NCBI GenBank assembly: GCA_963749915.1
Contig: CAVVOP010000008.1
Location: 640,001 to 704,000, forward strand
DNA length: 64,000 bases
Reading direction: 5' to 3'
Origin: an uncultured cyanobacterium
Lineage (GTDB): Bacteria; Cyanobacteriota; Cyanobacteriia; Cyanobacteriales; Cyanobacteriaceae
The translations under genes were made by a program, and so were the position numbers. The notes under the pieces are model-generated. The model ran no database searches and had not been told where the DNA came from. It saw only the letters and a list, made by a program, of their open reading frames with translations. Shown one piece after another: positions 55,039 to 62,582 of this stretch (the stretch's first letter is position 1; every line of letters starts with the position of its first letter).

Positions 55039-55635
55039 ATGAATTACATTTTTGATCCCAAAATACTACATAAAATTACCAAGAAAGCCATGGGACTACC
55101 TTACGAACAAATGTTTGAGACAGTCAGAATAGAGTTAGAGCAAAAATATCCAGGCAGAATTAACGACAAAATCCAATGGATGTTTAACAATGCTGGAGGC
55201 TGTATGTATAGCGTTGCCGTTCTTCATGCTTCTTTAAGAGAATATCTTCTGATCTTTGGCTCCCCTATCGGTACCCAAGGACATACAGGTCGGCATTTTA
55301 CACAAATCTACGATTTTGTCATAGACGGAGAACTTTGGTACTTTAAAGAAGATCGTCCTTTTGAACGCATAGTGCATAAATCTGGAGATAGATACCATTT
55401 GGGCAAATCCCAGAGTGAGGGGCTGTGTATTCCTGACCAAGCTTGGGTTCTGGAATATGCCAGGGGATTTATCCCTTCTATGCTTCCTTTTGGTTTGGCC
55501 GATTCTGTTTTTAGCACCTTAGACTGGAAAACAGTGGGTTATACCTTTGGCATCTATGGTAAGCTTTTACTTAAAGATCTCTGGAACAAAACTCACACCA
55601 ATTCTCGACCATCCGCGTCAAAGGAGATGCCATGA
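55039..55635 (+). CDS. ERG2 / sigma-1 receptor-like sterol C-8 isomerase
   Basis: WMFNNAGG.M, LHASLREYLLIFG, GHTGRH, WVLEYARG, PSMLPFGLAD..FSTLD. Confidence 0.9.
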   Translation: MNYIFDPKILHKITKKAMGLPYEQMFETVRIELEQKYPGRINDKIQWMFNNAGGCMYSVAVLHASLREYLLIFGSPIGTQGHTGRHFTQIYDFVIDGELWYFKEDRPFERIVHKSGDRYHLGKSQSEGLCIPDQAWVLEYARGFIPSMLPFGLADSVFSTLDWKTVGYTFGIYGKLLLKDLWNKTHTNSRPSASKEMP

Positions 55636-56621
55636 CTGCACGCTTTCCCTTTTCTGCTTTTCCCAATGGCTGGTTTCGAGTTGCCTACAGCGATGAACTA
55701 CCTCCTGGTGAGGTCAAACCTCTATATTACTTTGGTAAGGATTGGGTTCTTTTTCGCACAGAAGATGGTTTACCCCGAGTGTTCGATGCTCATTGTCCAC
55801 ACTTAGGAGCTCACCTTGGTTATGGGGGTCGAGTAGAAGGTGACAATATCCGCTGTCCTTTTCATGGCTGGTGTTTTGACCATGAGGGGCAATGCGTGCA
55901 AATTCCCCACAGCACCAAAGTACCGCCTAAAGCCCAAATCGGTTCTTTATCAGTTTGTGAGGTTAACGGGCTGATTATGGTTTACCACCACTCACAAGGA
56001 GAAGCACCCAGTTGGCAAATGCCCAAACTTCCGGAGTGGAATTCTCAAGATTGGATCCCCTTTCAACGACGAAGTTGGAAAATCCGCACCCATCCCCAGG
56101 AAATGGCTGAGAATGCCATGGATACAGCCCATATGCTCCATTTGCACGGACAATCATTCCGCACCATAGAAAAGGCTGAGTTTGATATCAACGGTACTAC
56201 CCTTGTGCATCGATTGAGCCCCCAATATCGGTTGTCCATCTTTGGAAAATTGGGAATTGGTGCGGAGGGTTTGGTAGAAATTAGCTGCTATGGCTTGGGC
56301 TGTCAGGTTAGTTATGCCCAGGTGAAAGCGATGATTGAGTTTCATAGTCTGACGTTATTTATGCTAACTCCCATTGATGGAGAGTTTCTCGATGTCCATG
56401 TATTAGTAAGTACAAAAAAGGTCTTCAATAAAGTCATTACCTATGCCCTAAGAAGTAAAAGTATGGCGGAAGTTAGTTACAATTTAGAGCAAGATATTCC
56501 GATTTGGGAAAACAAGGTTTATCGCAGTCAGCCGTTGCTCAGTGAAGCAGATGGACCAATTATGCAGTATCGGCACTGGGGGCAACAATTTTATGCTCAT
56601 GTACCTCTGAACAGTCAATAA
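55632..56621 (+). CDS. Rieske non-heme iron oxygenase (Neverland/DAF-36 / KshA-like sterol-modifying)
   Basis: FPNGWF, CPHLGAHL...CPFHGW [2Fe-2S] ligands, ENAMDTAHMLHLH iron site, QDIPIWENK. Confidence 0.85.
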   Translation: MTARFPFSAFPNGWFRVAYSDELPPGEVKPLYYFGKDWVLFRTEDGLPRVFDAHCPHLGAHLGYGGRVEGDNIRCPFHGWCFDHEGQCVQIPHSTKVPPKAQIGSLSVCEVNGLIMVYHHSQGEAPSWQMPKLPEWNSQDWIPFQRRSWKIRTHPQEMAENAMDTAHMLHLHGQSFRTIEKAEFDINGTTLVHRLSPQYRLSIFGKLGIGAEGLVEISCYGLGCQVSYAQVKAMIEFHSLTLFMLTPIDGEFLDVHVLVSTKKVFNKVITYALRSKSMAEVSYNLEQDIPIWENKVYRSQPLLSEADGPIMQYRHWGQQFYAHVPLNSQ

Positions 56622-56737
56622 TCTTTAGCATCGAGACTCAAGATCTATTTTTCAATTCTCCTCTTTTTTTCTGATTTTTACCTTAAGTATATATACTTAT
56701 TTTGTTTTCTTTTGTTTTAAACTGCGGAATATGGGTT

Positions 56738-58990
56738 TTAACTATTACTGATGCTAGAAACTTCGCTGACTCGGCGAATATTTAACACATCGCTTATGTT
56801 TTTTATTTGACTAATGACATATTGAAATTGGGCAGAATCTTGTACATCGATGGTCAAAGAAATTAACGCAGGTTTACCAAAATCCGTTTTAACACCAGCG
56901 TTACTTACGTTAATATTTTGATCCGTTAATCTTCCTAAAATATCTCGTAAGATACCAACACGATCTAAAGTTTCGATTACTATATCAACTGGGTAAGTGG
57001 CATTGCGACTTTTACCATCACAGGAATTCCATTTTACGGGAATTAAACGCTCTCCGGGGATAGTTGTTAAATTCGGGCAGTCAAGATGATGAATAGAGAT
57101 ACCACGAACATTGGTAACCACTCCGATGATATTTTCTCCGGGTAAGGCACGACAACATCCGGCTATATGATACATTAATCCTTCTACCCCACAAATGGGA
57201 TATTTATTGCTGTTGATTTCTTTATAGGTCTTTGTTGTACTCGTAGGCAAAGGACTTTCTCCTAAAGTTTGGGGTTTAACTTCAGGTTGTTGTTGTTTGT
57301 TTTCTTCTCGCAGACGGTTAATAATCTGCGTACAGGTCACTTCACCATAACCCAGTGAGGCTAATAAATCATCTACTTTTTGAAAATTGCATTTTTGTGC
57401 TACTTTTTGCATGGTATCCGACTTTAAGAGAGATTCTAAACCGTTTTTGCCCAATTCCTTCTCTAATAATTCTCTACCTCTGGCTATGTTTTCATCTCGA
57501 TGGGATCGCTTATACCATTGACGAATACGGTTTTTTGCACTGGGAGTTACCACGAAATTGAGCCAATCGAGACTAGGATGACTATTATTGCTAGTTACAA
57601 TTTCTACTATATCTCCATTTTTGATAGCCTGATCAAGAGGACACCATTTACCGTTAATTCTTGCTCCTTTCATGTGATTGCCTACCTCACTATGAATGCG
57701 ATAGGCAAAATCAACCACCGTTGCACCCCTGGTTAAAGGGATAACTTCGCCTTTGGGAGTAAAACCGTAAACATCATCATCGAATAAATTTTCCTTGAGA
57801 TTATCTACATATTCCTGTGCGTCTTTTAAGTCTTTTTGCCAATCCAATAATTGCCGTAACCACGTAAATTTTTCCTCATCGCTGGATAAATGAGTATTAC
57901 TAGAATTTCCCGCTTCTTTATATTTCCAATGGGCGGCAATACCATATTCAGCGATATAGTGCATTTCTAGGGTACGAATTTGTATTTCCAACGGACGCCC
58001 ATTAGAATTAACCACACTAGTATGCAGAGATTGATATAAATTAGGTTTCGGTAAACCGATATAGTCCTTAAATCTTCCCGGAATCGGGCGAAAAGCATCA
58101 TGAACCACTGCTAAAGCACGATAACATTCATCATTAGTATTAACAATAATTCTCACACCAGCCATATCATAAATTTGCTCAAACTCTTTATTTTGAAGCT
58201 CCATCTTATGATATATCCCGTATAGGTGCTTAGGTCTGCCTTTGACTTCTACAGGTTTAATATGCAGTTTTTCTAAGCGTTGGTTAATGATTTTAACAAC
58301 ATTTTCAATTCTTGCTTCTCTATCTTTGCGTCTTTCAGCAATTAATCCCTTAATGGTGGTATAGGCGATAGGATTAAGATATTTAAAAGATAAGTCTTCT
58401 AACTCCCATTTAAAATGCCACATACCGAGACGATTGGCTAGAGGGGCGAAAATTTCTTTGGTTTCTTCGGCAATTAACCTTTGTTTTTCGGGTGCTAAAA
58501 ACTCAAGGGTACGCATATTGTGCAATCTATCTGCCAATTTTACCACAATCACTCGAATATCTTGAGCCATGGCCACAAACATTCGTCGAAAATTCTCGGC
58601 TTGTCTTTCTGTTTTACTGGAAAAATTAAATTTCGATAACTTTGTTACTGCCTCTACTAATTGACGCACATTTGCACCGAATAAGGCTTCGATTTCATCG
58701 GGAGTAATATCAGTATCTTCGACGACATCATGTAAAAAACCTGCGGCAATCATTTCACTATCACCACCCAAATCCCGTAATAACTCGGCAACTGCTATGG
58801 GATGGGCGATATAAGGTTCACCGGATTTACGATATTGTCCTTCATGTAAAGAATAAGCGAATTGAAATGCCCTACATATTAGGTTATTATCGCGATCGTT
58901 TTGGTCGCCGATTAAACAATTATTTAACCAATTGGGAATATGTAATTTCTTGTCTGGTTTAATTTCAGGAATTAGGGTGGTTGTATTCAT
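56738..58990 (-). CDS. rel: Bifunctional (p)ppGpp synthetase/hydrolase (RelA/SpoT)
   Basis: HxGQxRKSGEPY, LHDVVED, KLADRLHNMRT, YQSLHT, EIQIRT, TGS and ACT domains. Confidence 0.96.
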   Translation of the reverse strand: MNTTTLIPEIKPDKKLHIPNWLNNCLIGDQNDRDNNLICRAFQFAYSLHEGQYRKSGEPYIAHPIAVAELLRDLGGDSEMIAAGFLHDVVEDTDITPDEIEALFGANVRQLVEAVTKLSKFNFSSKTERQAENFRRMFVAMAQDIRVIVVKLADRLHNMRTLEFLAPEKQRLIAEETKEIFAPLANRLGMWHFKWELEDLSFKYLNPIAYTTIKGLIAERRKDREARIENVVKIINQRLEKLHIKPVEVKGRPKHLYGIYHKMELQNKEFEQIYDMAGVRIIVNTNDECYRALAVVHDAFRPIPGRFKDYIGLPKPNLYQSLHTSVVNSNGRPLEIQIRTLEMHYIAEYGIAAHWKYKEAGNSSNTHLSSDEEKFTWLRQLLDWQKDLKDAQEYVDNLKENLFDDDVYGFTPKGEVIPLTRGATVVDFAYRIHSEVGNHMKGARINGKWCPLDQAIKNGDIVEIVTSNNSHPSLDWLNFVVTPSAKNRIRQWYKRSHRDENIARGRELLEKELGKNGLESLLKSDTMQKVAQKCNFQKVDDLLASLGYGEVTCTQIINRLREENKQQQPEVKPQTLGESPLPTSTTKTYKEINSNKYPICGVEGLMYHIAGCCRALPGENIIGVVTNVRGISIHHLDCPNLTTIPGERLIPVKWNSCDGKSRNATYPVDIVIETLDRVGILRDILGRLTDQNINVSNAGVKTDFGKPALISLTIDVQDSAQFQYVISQIKNISDVLNIRRVSEVSSISNS

Positions 58991-59230
58991 AATCGGGGAT
59001 AAAAAAATAGATAAATTTAGTATTATGAGTTATGATATTGGGCGGTTGTGATCCAGTAAAAAATTTTTAAAACTAAAATCATTCTCTCAAGGAAACCTTA
59101 GATTCTATTTCCATTGATAGTAAAACTGCCCCCACTGCGATTCTTTCTTTCATTTACGCTCACAGTTAGGGGGTTGATATTAGCACTAATTAGTTTCTAA
59201 TTTCTTAAATTCTAACTCAATTTAGCCCAA

Positions 59231-59599
59231 ATGTTACCAAAATCCTATCGACAAGAATTGTTAAGTTGGTTAGATTTGCTTAATAGTTTAGACTCATTAT
59301 TCTGTAACGACAAAAATAATTCTGCTGTTGTTAAAGACAAATGGCATCAAATTCAAAAGTATTTACAAGCAAAAATAATGACCCTTGATAGTGGTGACTT
59401 AGATATAAGTCAAAAATCGTTATTTCAATCGTGGCAGACGGAAACTTATCGTTATATTCGACTTTTACAAACCGATTTTTTATTTTATGAATCAGCTAAA
59501 CAAGCTAACACGAAACAATCTCGTTTTTTGATAATTAAACAACGCTTAAAGGGTGCTATCAATTTAACCGACAATTATTTATTAGTAACTGAAACCTAG
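59231..59599 (+). CDS. patD: PatD-like protein
   Basis: QSWQTE..RYIRLLQTD..F...AKQ..T...R motif; divergent from rel, as I recall for cyanobacterial patD. Confidence 0.65.
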   Translation: MLPKSYRQELLSWLDLLNSLDSLFCNDKNNSAVVKDKWHQIQKYLQAKIMTLDSGDLDISQKSLFQSWQTETYRYIRLLQTDFLFYESAKQANTKQSRFLIIKQRLKGAINLTDNYLLVTET

Positions 59600-59684
59600 G
59601 CAAAATCGATTTTTAAACTTTGTCTATTAAGTTTTTTGTACTGTTACAACATCCCAACATCATTAAGTTTTTCCATCATTATTT

Positions 59685-60293
59685 TTATAAAGGTAGGATA
59701 CTTCTCAATAAATTTCCCACTTCTTGAAGGGAAAAACCGAAAGTAATAATTCCTTCTCGATGTCCTGCCATGACAATTATCTTTTCTTGCGTTACTTTAG
59801 TTTCTTGAAATAAACGAAATATCTCTTTTGCCATTTCAGGTGTACCATAAGGGACTTCTTTTTTTGTGGTGGGAACTTTATCCATTAAATCTTGCCATAT
59901 TGTAGAATTATGAATATGAATAATGGCATTAATATTTTCATCTGATTCATAAATTGCTATGTGTGTCATTGATTCTGATGAAGCCTTAATTGAACCTTGA
60001 CAAGTTACTATGTTTTGATTAATGTCATAATCAGTAACTAATGTAAAGTGTTGCGGTTGAATGGGGTAAATATTCCCTGTTTGTGTGCCTGAAATGAGAA
60101 TCCCTTGAGGTGTTCTTACACTAATATTACCATAACCTATCTTTAGTTCTTCGTAATATCCTATTTGTTTAAGTTCATACATTCGATCGCGCCACATTAA
60201 AAGTTCATCAGGAACATTAATCGTCAGTGGTTGATTAATCCATTGGCAATTAAACTTAACATAGCCTTCGTCAATATTACTCTGATTACTCAT
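59685..60293 (-). CDS. Class II aldolase/adducin family protein
   Basis: DEGYVKF, GNIS, ISGTQTG, ASSESMTH, IIHIH, YGTPEMA, GHREG metal-binding pattern. Start placed at the ATG at 60293, adjacent to the mtnA stop. Confidence 0.82.
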   Translation of the reverse strand: MSNQSNIDEGYVKFNCQWINQPLTINVPDELLMWRDRMYELKQIGYYEELKIGYGNISVRTPQGILISGTQTGNIYPIQPQHFTLVTDYDINQNIVTCQGSIKASSESMTHIAIYESDENINAIIHIHNSTIWQDLMDKVPTTKKEVPYGTPEMAKEIFRLFQETKVTQEKIIVMAGHREGIITFGFSLQEVGNLLRSILPL

Positions 60294-60294
60294 G

Positions 60295-61401
60295 TTAGAA
60301 TTTTTCGGGGAATAAACTCTTAATACCTTCCTCAGAGGCATTACACACGCCTCGTTCCGTAATTAATGCGGTAACATATTTAGCAGGAGTTACATCAAAG
60401 CCGTAGTTAATTGCTGGTGTGGTTTCTGGGCAAATTAACACTGATTTAATCTCACCATTTACTTTTCCCTGTATGTATTTGACCTCGTTTTGATCTCGTG
60501 TTTCTATGGGTATTTCTTTGATACCATCGGAAATAGAACAATCTAAGGTAGAAGAGGGTAATGCTACATAAAAAGGAATCTTATTATCATATGCCGCTAA
60601 TGCTTTTAAGTATGTACCTATTTTATTGGCAACATCACCATTTCGAGTAGTTCTATCAGTTCCCACTATTACCAAGTCTACCATACCATGTTGCATTAAA
60701 TGTCCACCAGTATTGTCCGTAATTAGGGTATGTGGCACCCCTTGTTGGTTCAATTCAAAAGCAGTTAAATTTGCTCCTTGATTTCTTGGGCGAGTTTCGT
60801 CAACCCACACGTGAATATCGATGCCAGCCTGTTGTGCTTGATAAATAGGAGAGGTTGCAGTTCCCCAATCGATAGTTGCTAACCAACCTGCATTACAGTG
60901 GGTAAGAATGTTGACTTGTTTTCCTTTTTTAAATTCAGCAATTTGTTTGATAATTGACAACCCATATGTACCGATTTTAAAACATATATCAATATCTTCT
61001 TGTTTGATTTCATGTGCTCTTTGTAAAGCAATTTTAACTTTTTCCTCAAGACTATTAACTTGATTAATAGCCGCCAACATTTCCTTAATTGCCCACGGTA
61101 AATTTACCGCAGTGGGACGTGTTTGTGCTAATTTTTTAGCTACTTCTTTTATGTATAAATCTGGGTTAGATTGTTTTTTTGCTTCAATACAGGCCAAGTA
61201 TATTCCATAGGCAGATGTAACACCAATTAAAGGAGCTCCTCTTACCACCATTTCTTTGATCGCAAAAATAGCATCATGAGTATTTTCTATATTGAATATT
61301 GCTCTTTTATGGGGGAAAAATCTTTGATCAAAAACCTGTATTAGTTTTTCATTTTCATCATTTACCCAGATAGTTTGATAATGTACTCCATTAATTTTCA
61401 T
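60295..61401 (-). CDS. mtnA: S-methyl-5-thioribose-1-phosphate isomerase
   Basis: DQR, MVVRGAPLIG, RPTAVNL, LTHCNAGWLA, DETRP, NKIGTY, FDVTP. Start placed at MKING (61401). Confidence 0.92.
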   Translation of the reverse strand: MKINGVHYQTIWVNDENEKLIQVFDQRFFPHKRAIFNIENTHDAIFAIKEMVVRGAPLIGVTSAYGIYLACIEAKKQSNPDLYIKEVAKKLAQTRPTAVNLPWAIKEMLAAINQVNSLEEKVKIALQRAHEIKQEDIDICFKIGTYGLSIIKQIAEFKKGKQVNILTHCNAGWLATIDWGTATSPIYQAQQAGIDIHVWVDETRPRNQGANLTAFELNQQGVPHTLITDNTGGHLMQHGMVDLVIVGTDRTTRNGDVANKIGTYLKALAAYDNKIPFYVALPSSTLDCSISDGIKEIPIETRDQNEVKYIQGKVNGEIKSVLICPETTPAINYGFDVTPAKYVTALITERGVCNASEEGIKSLFPEKF

Positions 61402-61504
61402 AAAAATTGCCTGGTAAGTCAAATTATATTGATAACTTATCAAATTTTGTTCCTAAAATTTATGATTCTTTCATTATAAGCATTTGAAACCTTTTTACTC
61501 CTAG

Positions 61505-61963
61505 GGCGATCGCCAAACTAATAGAGCGGAAAATCAAGGTAATCGCCAGGAAAATCAGAGCGATCGTCAGGATAACCGCCAAGACTTTGTCAATGACAAT
61601 TGGTATGGTGGCGGTTGGTATGGTGGCGGTTACTATGCACCTCCCGGATGGGGTGCTTGGGCTGCGGCAGCAGGATTAACAGCAGGACTTGTACTGGGAG
61701 CGACTGTTGCCACACCACCACCCTATTATGACACCGTTTACCTTGGTTCAGCTCCTTATATATATTCTGATGGAGTTTATTTCCAACCTGCCAATGGCTC
61801 TTATGTTGTAACTTCTCCTCCTGTCGGTGTTGTGGTTAGCTATCTTCCCGATGGATGTAATGTAGTTCAACAAGGTAATGTTCAATACTATGATTGTGCA
61901 GGTATTTATTATCAGACTTTTTACCAAAACGGTTCTACAGTATATAAAGTTGTACAATTTTAA
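61505..61963 (+). pseudogene. 5'-truncated DUF6515-like Tyr/Gly/Pro-rich protein (not in the ORF track)
   Basis: Open frame of 152 codons plus stop: GDRQTNRAENQGNRQ...WYGGGWYGGGYYAPPGWG...GATVATPPPYY...YVVTSPPVG..V..LPDGC...YYQ...YKVVQF*. Preceded by an in-frame TAG with no start codon. Confidence 0.7.
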
Positions 61964-62213
61964 GATTAATGCTAAGAGAGTTAGGAATTTTTATTTTCTC
62001 TTTCAATCTTGGACCTTGAGACAATCCCTGGAAACTCTCAATTGTTAGCGGCAAGTCCGTAATTAGTGGGATCGGCTTCATAGCTAGGGGCAAAAATCTC
62101 TACCCTTTACTCACTTAGGAATACGGTCTTAGAGGCTCATGAATAGCAGTCTCTTTACTATCATCTTGATGATAAGATAAGATAGTTGAAATCAGTCTTT
62201 AAATGTAATCAAT

Positions 62214-62303
62214 ATGGATATTCTTACTTTAGGTTGGGTTGGAGTACTTTCTTTATTCACATGGTCAATAGCAATGGTAGTATGGGGCAGAAAGGGTTTC
62301 TAA
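62214..62303 (+). CDS. petN: Cytochrome b6f complex subunit PetN (not in the ORF track)
   Basis: Translates [29 protein letters not shown] (29 aa). Confidence 0.93.
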   Translation: MDILTLGWVGVLSLFTWSIAMVVWGRKGF

Positions 62304-62306
62304 ATC

Positions 62307-62444
62307 GTGGAATCATTACCAGTTCTTAATCTTCTTTTTATTGCCGCCATCGCCTTATTAATCTTTGTTAGTGGTGGGATTCTCTATCTAACCACTCTTG
62401 AATGGCGAGATCGTCGTCGTCGGGATCGGGATAAAAAACTTTAG
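62307..62444 (+). CDS. Small single-TM hypothetical protein, 45 aa (not in the ORF track)
   Basis: GTG start after a 3-nt gap from the petN stop. MESLPVLNLLFIAAIALLIFVSGGILYLTTLEWRDRRRRDRDKKL*: TM helix plus basic tail. Confidence 0.7.
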   Translation: MESLPVLNLLFIAAIALLIFVSGGILYLTTLEWRDRRRRDRDKKL

Positions 62445-62582
62445 CTATGAACAATTAACAGTTAACAATTTATCCCCTATTGCCTATTCCTCATTCCTAA
62501 GAAGTCTATTTATCAGTTAATAATAATATAATATTTGTTAACTTGTATAGATGATGATTGACAATTATAAAAACCTGATATT

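Noticed and set aside
62015..62155. GC-richer intergenic stretch upstream of petN as a possible ncRNA or riboswitch
   Set aside because: No consensus I could recognise; an Rfam/Infernal search would be needed.
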